Below are positions 19,154 to 28,022 of a stretch of DNA of 64,000 nucleotides, in pieces; position 1 is the first letter of the stretch; each line of letters begins with the position of its first letter. The stretch is from NCBI GenBank assembly GCA_008933835.1, contig WBUG01000005.1:18876-82875 (forward strand). The letters are read 5' to 3'. The position numbers and the translations under genes were made by a program. The stretch comes from Bacteroidota bacterium (GTDB lineage: Bacteria > Bacteroidota > Ignavibacteria > UBA10030 > UBA8401). The notes beneath the pieces were generated by a model. The model was not told the DNA's origin and searched no databases. It saw nothing but the letters and a program-made list of their open reading frames with translations.

Positions 19154-22100
19154 CTACTTCACCAGCATCAACTTTCTGGTTGCCGTGAACTTCCCCGCTG
19201 ACAGGCGATAGAAATACACTCCGCTCGACAACCGCGATGCATCGAACGATACGGTGTGCCGGCCGGTCGATTTGAACTCGTTCACCAGTTCCGCCGCTTC
19301 ACGGCCAAGAGCGTCATAGACCGTCAAAGAGGTGAGACCATCATGCGGCAGGACGTACGAGATGGTCGTGGATGGATTGAACGGATTAGGATAGTTCTGC
19401 TCCAGCGCGAAGCGGTGCGGCACGGGGGCCGGTTCGTCGATGACGCCGTTCGGGTCGGACGAGACCCAGTTCCCCACCGCGAACGCGGGAAGGATATCCA
19501 CCTCGTTGACGTCGCCATCCTCCTCCCGCACACGGATGCGCAGGTCGATGGCGATCGAATCCGTCGCCAGCGCGGCCGTGAGCGGTGCGCGGAACATCGC
19601 TCCCTCCGGCTCGCTGCTCCCGCCGAGCGCCGTCACCGGCAGCGCGGTCCACGCCGCGGTGCCGTGATGCCGGTACCACACCGCCGCCGATTCCGGAAGG
19701 ATGACGCTCTCCGGGATCCAGCCGATGACCTTCGTCGAAAAGACGAGCGCGCCGCCGGAGTTCGCGGCAAAGGACGAGACCGGCACGTTCTGGGCGTTCA
19801 CCAGCATCAGCCGCGTGATGGATGGGGGATACGGCGACGTTCCGCCGAGGTCGAACGAGGAACGCTGCCGCAGCGTTCCGCGCCGGTTGCTCACCCAGTG
19901 ATGCGAGATGTTCTGCACCATCATGTACCGCTGCTCCGTCATCTGCCGCGGGGCGCGGGGAAAATCGTTGAGGGGACGGTCGACCACCGGCGCGCCGTTC
20001 TGGTCATACACCGTGTACGTTCCGTGGTTCACGTCGTCCCACCGGTTCTCCCACAGCGGTCCGCGGGTGAACGCATTGAAATGGAGCGTCGCTTCGCCGA
20101 ACGAGTTGTTGTACCACAGCGTGAGCGGATGCGGCGGCGACGCGCCGAACTCCATCACGCTCCCCGGACCGAACCGCGGCGTCTGCGGGCGGACGTTGTA
20201 CCGGTCGATGGGGATGACGCTGTCCTGATGCACCATCACCGGGAATGTCTCGATCGATGTCTTCTCCAGCGACCCATCATTGAAGAGGAAGAACGAGACC
20301 GCCGCATCCTCCGCCGGCTCTCCGCTCCGTCCGATGTAGCCGGCCACGTCCGCCCGTCCGTTCTGCACGGCCGCGGTGTCGATCTCGAATCCCGCTCCGT
20401 ACAGATACCCTCCCCCGGCATCCTGGAAGTATGAGTAGAACTGACCGACGAGGATGGTGGAACTCTGCTCCGGCGGCACACGGAACCGGAACGCCTGCGG
20501 GACATAGACGAGCGGGTCGTTCTTCAGCGTGACAGCGGAGTTCAATGCGGTGAAGCGCGGATACTGCACCAGGTGGAAGCGGCCGGTCTGGACCGCATCG
20601 AACTGGAACTGCATCGGCCGGAACGAATAGCGGGCCGATGCGGGAGAGACCATCACCGTATCGCTCCGCTGCGCCGCCACGGAGATGTTCTTTCCCCAGT
20701 TCGGGATCTCGGTGACGAGCACATGCTTCGGCGCACGGTACGACGAGAGCGGAGCGCCGAGGTGGTCCACCCCCTTGAAGATGACCGGAACCGTCGCTTC
20801 GACGGAGGAGATGTTCAGGACCGGGGCAGGGGGGCCGATCGTCACCCCTTCGCGGATGACGAGGGAGGAACGCTCCGTCGAAGGGAAGAAAGCGGAAATG
20901 TCGTAGGATCCCGGCGTAAAACCGACCACTTCCATGGTGGTTGGTGTGAGCCAACGGACGTTCGGACCGAAGAAGAGCGCATGCTCACCGTCCGTGCCGA
21001 TCAGCTGCGGCTCCGGCGTATCGAAATGCACAAGGAGCCGGTTCGCCCGGGCGAACGCCCAGGGAATGGTGAGCGTATCGGCGCTGCCGAGGAAGATGAT
21101 GCGCCCGGAATAGAGCGGAATGTCCTCCGGGACGAGAGGAACAACCGTGTTGTTCACCGACGTGGTGATGACGACGGGAACGGAACCGCCGGCGGGGACA
21201 ATGAAGTTCGACGGCACCGCTGAGAGAGCCACACCCGTCGGAGTCGGCGGAACGACGATGGTGTAGGACTGAGCCGTGCCACGTTCGTTCATCACCGTGA
21301 CCGTGTCTTTTCGGGTCCACGTCCCTTGCGATGGATCGTCCAATCCCAGGCTCAGGAGAGCCGGCTGGAGCCATGACTGCACCGATGCTGCATGGAACGC
21401 GCGCACACGTCCTCCCCCCTGCTTATAGGCCGACATACCGCCGTCGCGTGCCGTGTTGATGATGGCGGAGCGGAACCGTTCGGTGGACCAGCCGGGATGG
21501 AGCCCCTTTAAAAGCGCGGCGACTCCGGCGACCATCGGCGCCGCCATGGAAGTGCCGTTCATCCGTTTCGTCTGAGCACCGGGATACGCCGAATTGATCT
21601 GCACCCCCGGCGCCACCACATCGGGCTTGATACCGAACGTGAAGAGGTTCGGTCCCTTGGACGAGAACCAGGCGAGCGCCTCGACCGAATCGACCGCACC
21701 GACGGTGATGGCCCGTTCGGCCGTCCCGGGCGAACCGATAGTGGCGGAGCCGTTGTGGTAGTAATTATTCTCCTTTCCAGGAGGCGGCATCGCCTGTCCG
21801 GCATTTCCCGCCGCCACGACGAACAGTGTACCGAACGCGACGGCGTTGTTCACCGCGACGGCTCCGGGATCGTCCGGCGTTCCGCCGTCCGACCCGAGAC
21901 TCATGTTGACGACATCCAGCCGGTCGCCGGTGTCGCCGTCCCCGTTCGGGTCCACGCACCGTTCCACGGCGGCGAGGATATCGCTCATCTTTCCGTTGCC
22001 GGCGTTGTTCAGCACTTTATACGCGTAGAGCGTTGCGCCGGGAGCGACCCCCTTCAGCGATGCCGAGTTTCCGGCGACGATGGCGGCGACGTGCGTGCCA

Positions 22101-22750
22101 TGGCCGTAGTCGTCCATCGGATCAGCGTCGTTGTTGACGAAGTCGAACCCTCCCGCCACCTTCTTCCCGCTCCCGAATCCTTCCCCAAGCGCAGGATGGA
22201 GGTAATCAATGCCGCTGTCGATGATGCCGACCTTCACTCCGTCACCGGTCTCACCCAATTCCGTCCATACCCGGTTCGCGCCGATCTGCAGCGCGCTCTT
22301 CTCAAGAGTCGCCCGGACCGGAAGGTCCGGGTGGACCCGTTTCACGTACGGCAGCCTGGCGAGTTGCTCTGCCCTCTCCGGAGAGACGGTCACCTGAAGC
22401 CCGAAGAAGGTCCGAAAGTACTCCGGACCGCTTCCTTCCACCTCCTGAGTGCGGTTGAGCGCACCCTTCCGAGTCAAACCGGTCCGCCTGGAGAACTCAG
22501 CGAGGCGGTCCGAATAGAACGACACATCAGCCATTCCCCGAACGCTTTTCTGCCGGACGGCCAAGGGCTCCTCCCGGAACTCGACGATGTACGACACCAG
22601 CGAATCCGGTCTCCCGAGATTTTGCTTCGCGGCAGCGCCGAACAGAGTATGGCCGTTGCCGGACACATTGCTGCCGGGGAAGGAGGCGATTTTGGTTTGC
22701 GAGAAGAGAGGAAGTGCGAAGAAGAATATGAGAAGGTATTGACGGTGCAT
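19154..22750 (-). CDS. subtilisin-like (S8) serine protease with T9SS C-terminal sorting domain
   Basis: Catalytic triad contexts VGIIDSGID, HGTHVAAIVAGN and GTSMAAPMVAGVAALL. I9-like propeptide. C-terminal NYPNPFNPSTTISYVLP...GVYFYRLSAGKFTATRKLMLVK is a Por secretion tail. Start set to ATG 22750 (MHRQYLLIFFFALPLFS|Q) because a -7-like box overlaps the upstream TTG/ATG. Confidence 0.9.
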   Translation of the reverse strand: MHRQYLLIFFFALPLFSQTKIASFPGSNVSGNGHTLFGAAAKQNLGRPDSLVSYIVEFREEPLAVRQKSVRGMADVSFYSDRLAEFSRRTGLTRKGALNRTQEVEGSGPEYFRTFFGLQVTVSPERAEQLARLPYVKRVHPDLPVRATLEKSALQIGANRVWTELGETGDGVKVGIIDSGIDYLHPALGEGFGSGKKVAGGFDFVNNDADPMDDYGHGTHVAAIVAGNSASLKGVAPGATLYAYKVLNNAGNGKMSDILAAVERCVDPNGDGDTGDRLDVVNMSLGSDGGTPDDPGAVAVNNAVAFGTLFVVAAGNAGQAMPPPGKENNYYHNGSATIGSPGTAERAITVGAVDSVEALAWFSSKGPNLFTFGIKPDVVAPGVQINSAYPGAQTKRMNGTSMAAPMVAGVAALLKGLHPGWSTERFRSAIINTARDGGMSAYKQGGGRVRAFHAASVQSWLQPALLSLGLDDPSQGTWTRKDTVTVMNERGTAQSYTIVVPPTPTGVALSAVPSNFIVPAGGSVPVVITTSVNNTVVPLVPEDIPLYSGRIIFLGSADTLTIPWAFARANRLLVHFDTPEPQLIGTDGEHALFFGPNVRWLTPTTMEVVGFTPGSYDISAFFPSTERSSLVIREGVTIGPPAPVLNISSVEATVPVIFKGVDHLGAPLSSYRAPKHVLVTEIPNWGKNISVAAQRSDTVMVSPASARYSFRPMQFQFDAVQTGRFHLVQYPRFTALNSAVTLKNDPLVYVPQAFRFRVPPEQSSTILVGQFYSYFQDAGGGYLYGAGFEIDTAAVQNGRADVAGYIGRSGEPAEDAAVSFFLFNDGSLEKTSIETFPVMVHQDSVIPIDRYNVRPQTPRFGPGSVMEFGASPPHPLTLWYNNSFGEATLHFNAFTRGPLWENRWDDVNHGTYTVYDQNGAPVVDRPLNDFPRAPRQMTEQRYMMVQNISHHWVSNRRGTLRQRSSFDLGGTSPYPPSITRLMLVNAQNVPVSSFAANSGGALVFSTKVIGWIPESVILPESAAVWYRHHGTAAWTALPVTALGGSSEPEGAMFRAPLTAALATDSIAIDLRIRVREEDGDVNEVDILPAFAVGNWVSSDPNGVIDEPAPVPHRFALEQNYPNPFNPSTTISYVLPHDGLTSLTVYDALGREAAELVNEFKSTGRHTVSFDASRLSSGVYFYRLSAGKFTATRKLMLVK

Positions 22751-22780
22751 AATCGGAATGATTGGTCTGATATATGACAT

Positions 22781-22788
22781 CAAAGTTA
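22781..22788 (-). promoter_or_regulatory. candidate -7 box (TAACTTTG) for the S8 protease gene
   Basis: Exact TAnnTTTG match on the minus strand about 30 nt upstream of ATG 22750. No good -33 TTTG at the expected spacing. Confidence 0.3.
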
Positions 22789-22814
22789 CGGTCCAACAGT
22801 CTAAAAGTTGGCGA

Positions 22815-22846
22815 AGAAATAAAAAAGGGGACTCATCGCCCCCTTT
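22815..22846 (-). terminator. intrinsic terminator after the lytic transglycosylase gene
   Basis: Minus strand reads AAAGGGG-GCGATGAGT-CCCCTTT followed by TTTATTTC. Confidence 0.6.
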
Positions 22847-22869
22847 AGGATAAGATTATCTTAAAATGG

Positions 22870-23580
22870 TCAGCTTCGAATGAAGCGTTTGTATTCCTGA
22901 TAGTAGGATGTGACCGATTCGACGTAGTTCGCTGTCTGAACCCAGTCACGGAAGTATCCGCTGGCGGGCCGGTGCCCCACCCAGACGAACCGGTGCAGCG
23001 AAGAGTACTTTTTCGAGAGCAAGGACATCGAGTTCTTGACCGATTTCCACTCGGTCGGGTCGTCGTTCACATATGCGGCCATTTTTTGAGCATCCTGGAT
23101 GCGTCCGGGACCCGCATTATACGCCGCCAGCGTGAGCCGTATCTTGTTTTCCTCAGTATATTGTGGTGTATCGAATTGCTTATACAAACGGGATAAGTAA
23201 TAGATTCCGCCGATGATATTGCCGTGGGGATCGTTGATGACCTCTTCCGCAATGCCCAATTTTCCGGCTATTTCCGTCTGGGTCGCCGGCATGATCTGCA
23301 TGAAACCGCGGGCACCCTTATGGCTTTCGGCCGTATGGTTGAACTTGGATTCCACCTTCATCACAGCCACCACCAGACGCCAGTCAACCCCGTATTTTTC
23401 AGAGTATTTCCGTATGGTCGGGCCGTATTTATTGATGACCAGAAGCGACTTCGAATCGATCTTCGTGAGAATCTCATCCTGAATGTAGATCTTATCGCCG
23501 TTTCCTGAGAACGACCCGTCGAAGCAGCCGAAGAGCACCACGGGAACGAACCAGAAAGCGTTGAATAAAACCTTCTTCAT
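22870..23580 (-). CDS. lytic transglycosylase (SLT/GH23 domain)
   Basis: Start trimmed to ATG 23580 (MKKVLFNAFWFVPVVLFGC). Contains VMKVESKFNHTAESHKGARGFMQIMPATQ and LAAYNAGPGRI. Confidence 0.85.
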   Translation of the reverse strand: MKKVLFNAFWFVPVVLFGCFDGSFSGNGDKIYIQDEILTKIDSKSLLVINKYGPTIRKYSEKYGVDWRLVVAVMKVESKFNHTAESHKGARGFMQIMPATQTEIAGKLGIAEEVINDPHGNIIGGIYYLSRLYKQFDTPQYTEENKIRLTLAAYNAGPGRIQDAQKMAAYVNDDPTEWKSVKNSMSLLSKKYSSLHRFVWVGHRPASGYFRDWVQTANYVESVTSYYQEYKRFIRS

Positions 23581-23672
23581 TCTCTTCCTCGAATTGTTAT
23601 TGAAAATCCCAATGAATTGCATCGGGGTCCGGTGACGGCGGCGAAATGGGGCACAGTCTGCCGGCCACCGAA

Positions 23673-23704
23673 CAAAGGTACCCAAACTTTGCCCGGCGAA
23701 CAAC
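23673..23704 (-). promoter_or_regulatory. candidate FCB-type promoter for the lytic transglycosylase gene
   Basis: Minus strand reads GTTG, a 20-nt spacer, then TACCTTTG (exact TAnnTTTG). Confidence 0.3.
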
Positions 23705-23722
23705 TTATAATTTTTTAATTGT

Positions 23723-24550
23723 TTACGAAGATGGGTGACGCTTATTGTGGATGACCGAGAGGATAACGGAGACCGTGAGGATGGAGAGGATGATGCCGAG
23801 GGAGACGATGGTGTCGATCTTGTAGAGGTCCATCATGAGCATCTTCAGGCCGACGTATGCGAGAACCACCCCTACTCCATACTTCACATAGGTGAAGGAG
23901 GCATGAATTTCCGCCAGTACGAAGTAAAGGGACCGGAGGCCCAATACCGCCATCAAATTGGAAGAGAGAACGATGAAGGGGTCAGTGGTGATGGCAAAAA
24001 TGGCAGGAATCGAGTCTATGGCGAATACCACGTCAGTCGTTTCGACCACCAGCAGACAGACGAAAAGCGGTGTGGCGATGAGCCGGTGCTCCCGGCGGAT
24101 GAAGAATCGGTGTCCGTGGTATTCGTTGTCCACCGGCATGATCTTACGGAAGAGCCGGACCGCCAGGTTCTTTTCCGGTTCGATCTTGGAGTCATCCCCG
24201 TACACCACCCGGTAACCGGCGTAGATGAGCATTACCCCGAAGAGGTAAAGGACCCAATGGAACTCTTTCACCAGGGCGGTCCCCAGCAGGATGAGGATAC
24301 CCCGGAGGATGATGACTCCCACAATCCCGTAATTGAGGACCCGGCGCTGGTCCTTGAGTTCCACGCCGAAGATACCGAAGAGAATGAGGAAGACGAAGAG
24401 ATTGTCGACGGAAAGGGACTTTTCGATGATGTAGCCGGTGAAGAACTCCAGCGCTTTCTGTGGCCCCTCAACGTAATAGACACCCAGATTGAACAGGAGC
24501 GACAGGGCGACCCAGAAGATGCTCCAATAGACGGCTTTTCGTAAGGGCAT
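23723..24550 (-). CDS. TerC-family integral membrane protein
   Basis: 275 aa. FFTGYIIEKSLSVDNLFVFLILF and the repeated AIDSIPAIFAIT motif are typical of TerC/Alx. Confidence 0.9.
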   Translation of the reverse strand: MPLRKAVYWSIFWVALSLLFNLGVYYVEGPQKALEFFTGYIIEKSLSVDNLFVFLILFGIFGVELKDQRRVLNYGIVGVIILRGILILLGTALVKEFHWVLYLFGVMLIYAGYRVVYGDDSKIEPEKNLAVRLFRKIMPVDNEYHGHRFFIRREHRLIATPLFVCLLVVETTDVVFAIDSIPAIFAITTDPFIVLSSNLMAVLGLRSLYFVLAEIHASFTYVKYGVGVVLAYVGLKMLMMDLYKIDTIVSLGIILSILTVSVILSVIHNKRHPSS

Positions 24551-24577
24551 TGAGCGGATTTTTTCTTATATTCTGTC

Positions 24578-24608
24578 GAAAGATAGCGAAAAAACGGGTC
24601 ATATCAAA
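24578..24608 (-). promoter_or_regulatory. candidate FCB-type promoter for the TerC-family gene
   Basis: Minus strand reads TTTG (24605-24608), a 19-nt spacer, then TATCTTTC (24578-24585). Confidence 0.35.
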
Positions 24609-24624
24609 CGCTATTCCCGCACGT

Positions 24625-25587
24625 ATGCCGAAACTCCCGATGTTCCTGCTGGCCACACTGCTCTCCTTCTCCTGTTCACGGGAGGGAGAGACGCGCGGGC
24701 CCGCTCCCCAATCCGCACCGGCCACCACCATGAAGACCGAGTATCCTCGCTTCAACGGCGCCAACGCGTTCGCCTTCCTCACCGCGCAGACCGACTTCGG
24801 TCCCCGGAATCCGAACTCCGCCGGACACCGCCGCTGCCTCGAATACCTCACCGCGGAACTCCGCGCCTCCGCCGATTCGGTGGCGCTCCAGTCGTTCACC
24901 GCGCGGGGGTACGGCGAGACGCTGAAGCTGACGAACGTCTTCGCGTCGTTCCGTCCGGCCGAGAAGCGCCGCATCCTGCTGCTCGCCCATTGGGACACAC
25001 GCCCGCGGGCGGAGATGGACGCCGACCCGGCGAAACGCTCCCAGCCGATCATCGGCGCCAACGACGGCGCCAGCGGCGTGGCGGTGCTGTTGGAGCTGGC
25101 GAGGATGTTCAAGGCCTCTCCCCCGCCGATCGGGGTCGACATCCTGCTGACCGACGGTGAGGATTACGGCGACTCGGAGAAGGACCGGAACAACGACCTC
25201 TACTTCCTCGGCGCGCGGCACTTCGCGAAGACGAAGAATCCCTCGTACACGCCGGAGTACGGCATCCTGCTGGACATGGTGGGTGACCGCGACCTGCAGC
25301 TGCCGATGGAACAGCACTCCATGCGGTACGCCCCGGCGGTGATGGAGATGGTCTACTCCTCCGCCGAACAGGTCGGCGCCGTATCGTTCCTCCGGGTGCC
25401 GGGGGAGCTCGTCGCCGACGACCATCTGCCGTTGAACGAAGCGGGCATCCCTACCATCGACATCATCGACTTCCAGTACCCGCACTGGCATACGCATCAG
25501 GACACGCCCGACAAATGCGCTCCCGAAAGTCTCGAAGAGGTCGGGAACGTGCTTTCGTACGTCATCTACGCCCGGAAAGGCCGCTGA
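24625..25587 (+). CDS. M28-fold zinc lipoprotein, glutaminyl-peptide cyclotransferase-like
   Basis: Start trimmed to ATG 24625 (MPKLPMFLLATLLSFSC lipobox). Zinc-ligand contexts HWDTRP, NDGASG, DGEDYG, LLDMVGD and DDHLP. Confidence 0.7.
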   Translation: MPKLPMFLLATLLSFSCSREGETRGPAPQSAPATTMKTEYPRFNGANAFAFLTAQTDFGPRNPNSAGHRRCLEYLTAELRASADSVALQSFTARGYGETLKLTNVFASFRPAEKRRILLLAHWDTRPRAEMDADPAKRSQPIIGANDGASGVAVLLELARMFKASPPPIGVDILLTDGEDYGDSEKDRNNDLYFLGARHFAKTKNPSYTPEYGILLDMVGDRDLQLPMEQHSMRYAPAVMEMVYSSAEQVGAVSFLRVPGELVADDHLPLNEAGIPTIDIIDFQYPHWHTHQDTPDKCAPESLEEVGNVLSYVIYARKGR

Positions 25588-25589
25588 CC

Positions 25590-26255
25590 ATGGGTTCGGG
25601 ACATCCCTCGCGCTTCGCCACGTTCGAGATGCTGCGCATCGCCGTGCCGGGCGTCTACACCGCGTTCCTCCTCTTCATCCTTGCCGTCGCCTTCGAGGTC
25701 CCGCTCTACCTCATGGAGACCTCCGGGATGTTCACCTTCACCGTCATCGTCGTTTCGCTCATCGCCGGACTCGCACTGTATGCGAAAGAGACACCGAAGA
25801 AACGAAAGGCGTTCCAGGCCAACCAGCCGAGCCGCATCATCCTCGAGCGTTCCCGCGAACTCTCCCCCGCCGCACCGCTCACCGAGGACGAGGCCCGGCG
25901 GGTCTATTTCTACATCCTCAACCATGAGATGCCGGCGCCGGTGCACGACAAGATCTTCTTCTTCGGCATGGTGTACCACGTCATGATCAGCATCCGCCGC
26001 ACATCGTTCTGGTTCGGCATGTTCGGGTTCGCCGGACTCGTGCTGCAGATCGCCCTCACGCGCTACATGACGCCGGTCTCGGCGGCCACCGTGCTGCTGG
26101 TGTGGTCCGTCTACTTCATCACCGTCCGCTACAACAAGGCGGACCGGAAGATGCAGGAGAACTACCTGGACCAGATCTTCTGGCTCGAGATGAACACCGG
26201 ACGCGTCGACGCCCTCATCAAACGCCGGCTCCGCGGGGAGGATACCCATGCATGA
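25590..26255 (+). CDS. hypothetical 4-TM membrane protein
   Basis: Start trimmed to ATG 25590, 3 nt after the preceding stop; 221 aa. Four hydrophobic spans separated by a charged loop. Overlaps prmA by 8 nt. I recognise no family. Confidence 0.55.
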   Translation: MGSGHPSRFATFEMLRIAVPGVYTAFLLFILAVAFEVPLYLMETSGMFTFTVIVVSLIAGLALYAKETPKKRKAFQANQPSRIILERSRELSPAAPLTEDEARRVYFYILNHEMPAPVHDKIFFFGMVYHVMISIRRTSFWFGMFGFAGLVLQIALTRYMTPVSAATVLLVWSVYFITVRYNKADRKMQENYLDQIFWLEMNTGRVDALIKRRLRGEDTHA

Positions 26256-27102
26256 ACCGTACCTCGACATCCACCTCGCGGTGCCGCCCGACGAACGGAC
26301 GCGTGAAACGGTGACCGCGGCGATGGCGGAACAGGGAGCCGATGGGTTCCTGGAGGACGAGCAGGGGCTCCACTGCTACATTCCCCGTTCGCAATGGACC
26401 GGTTCGATGGACGAAGCGCTCCGGGAGATCGAAGAGACGTACGGCGTCCCCGGAGTGCAGTGTCTCTCCATCTCCGTGGTGGAGGAACGGAACTGGAACG
26501 AGGAATGGGAGCGCTCCATCCGTCCCATCGCCGTCACGGACCGCATCATCATCGCCCCCTCCTGGCATCCGGCCGTCCCGCCTCCGGGCGGCATGGTGCT
26601 CACCATCGACCCGAAGATGACCTTCGGCACCGGATACCACGAGACGACGCGGCTCATGCTCCGCCTGATGGAACGGCATCTCGTTCCCGGCGGCACGGTG
26701 CTGGACGTCGGTACCGGCACCGGCGTGCTGGCCATCGCCGCCGTGAAGATGGGGGCTTCCTCCGCGCTCGGCGTGGACATCGACGAATGGACGATGGAGA
26801 ACGGTCCGGAGAACGCCGCCCGGAACGGCGCCGCCGGTACGGTGGAGTTCCGTCTCGGCTCCCTCTCGGTGGTCCCCGAACGCTCCTTCGGTCTCATCCT
26901 CGCGAACATCATCCGCACCACCATCATCAGCCTGCTGGACGACATGGCCTCACGGCTGGCCCCCGGCGGCACGCTGCTGCTCTCCGGACTCCTCACCACG
27001 GACCGAGAACCGATCGACGCCGCCCTGGCGCAGCGCGGACTCGCCGTCGCCGAGGCGCTGCAGGAGAACGAGTGGATCGGACTGGCGGTCCGGGCGCGAT
27101 GA
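26248..27102 (+). CDS. prmA: ribosomal protein L11 methyltransferase
   Basis: 284 aa. TFGTGYHETTRLMLRLME and SAM-binding VLDVGTGTGVLAIAA. Confidence 0.9.
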   Translation: MHEPYLDIHLAVPPDERTRETVTAAMAEQGADGFLEDEQGLHCYIPRSQWTGSMDEALREIEETYGVPGVQCLSISVVEERNWNEEWERSIRPIAVTDRIIIAPSWHPAVPPPGGMVLTIDPKMTFGTGYHETTRLMLRLMERHLVPGGTVLDVGTGTGVLAIAAVKMGASSALGVDIDEWTMENGPENAARNGAAGTVEFRLGSLSVVPERSFGLILANIIRTTIISLLDDMASRLAPGGTLLLSGLLTTDREPIDAALAQRGLAVAEALQENEWIGLAVRAR

Positions 27103-28022
27103 AGCGCGCCGTCATCGACATCGGCACCAACACCATCCTTCTCCTCGCGGCGGAGCTCCGTCCGGACGGTTCCTTCGACGTGCTCACGGACGAACAGCGC
27201 ATCGCCCGTCTCGGCAAAGGGATCGACGCGGGACGACGCTTCTCGGAAGAAGCGTTCCGCCGCGCGGAGGAGACCCTCTCGGCGTACCGCCACCGCTGCG
27301 ACGAACTCGGCATCGAATCGGTCACCGCCGTCGGCACGAGCGCCCTCCGCGACGCCGTCAACACTCCCGAACTGGCCGCCCGCATCCGAACCTCCACCGG
27401 TATCCGCATCGAAGTCCTCTCCGGCGAGGACGAGGCGCTCTGGACGTACCGGGGGGGACTGCACGGACTTCCGCCGCATGGAGGGCGCGACACGGTGATC
27501 GACATCGGCGGTGGGAGCACGGAACTGGTCACCGGAAACGCCGAAGCGGTCACGCTGAAACGGAGCTTCGACATCGGGAGCGTGCGGCTGACGGAGCGGT
27601 TCCTGCGGACATCGCCGCCGGAGCGGCGGGACCTGGAGGCGGCGCGGCGGTTCATCGATGATCTGCTGCCGTCCGCACTCCGCGCCCCGCTGCACGGCAC
27701 CCGGCTTTCCGGCGTCGCCGGAACGGTGACGACGCTCGCGGCCCTCCGGATGGGCCTGGCGGAGTGCACGCCCGCCGCGGTGCACGGTCACACAATGACA
27801 TTGCAAGAGGTACGGGAGACGTTCGAGTCGATGGAGGGGATGACACTGGACGAACTGCGGCGGTTACCGCCGATGGTGCCGGGACGGGAGGACATCATCC
27901 TGGCGGGGATGCTCATTCTGCTCGCGGTGATGGAGCGGTACGGCTTCGATGCGGTCACCGCGAGCGGCCGGGGACTCCGCTACGGCATCCTCTTGCGGGA
28001 CGCCGCTCGCGGAGGTCACTGA
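27099..28022 (+). CDS. Ppx/GppA-family phosphatase
   Basis: Starts at the ATG of an ATGA overlap with prmA. AVIDIGTNTILLL, VGTSALRDA and VIDIGGGSTEL are ASKHA-fold phosphate-binding motifs. Confidence 0.85.
   Translation: MKRAVIDIGTNTILLLAAELRPDGSFDVLTDEQRIARLGKGIDAGRRFSEEAFRRAEETLSAYRHRCDELGIESVTAVGTSALRDAVNTPELAARIRTSTGIRIEVLSGEDEALWTYRGGLHGLPPHGGRDTVIDIGGGSTELVTGNAEAVTLKRSFDIGSVRLTERFLRTSPPERRDLEAARRFIDDLLPSALRAPLHGTRLSGVAGTVTTLAALRMGLAECTPAAVHGHTMTLQEVRETFESMEGMTLDELRRLPPMVPGREDIILAGMLILLAVMERYGFDAVTASGRGLRYGILLRDAARGGH

Noticed and set aside
18823-19188. 121-aa plus-strand ORF in the gap between the low-G+C gene and the S8 protease gene.
   Set aside because: It has no motif. It runs through palindromic repeat copy B and the minus-strand terminator, and overlaps the end of the protease gene. 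It is more likely non-coding spacer.
24551-24624. A yybP-ykoY (manganese) riboswitch in front of the TerC-family gene.
   Set aside because: The whole divergent intergenic region is 74 nt and shows a promoter-like TTTG-N19-TATCTTTC. That leaves a leader of about 20 nt, too short for the roughly 100-nt four-helix element, and no conserved motif is visible.
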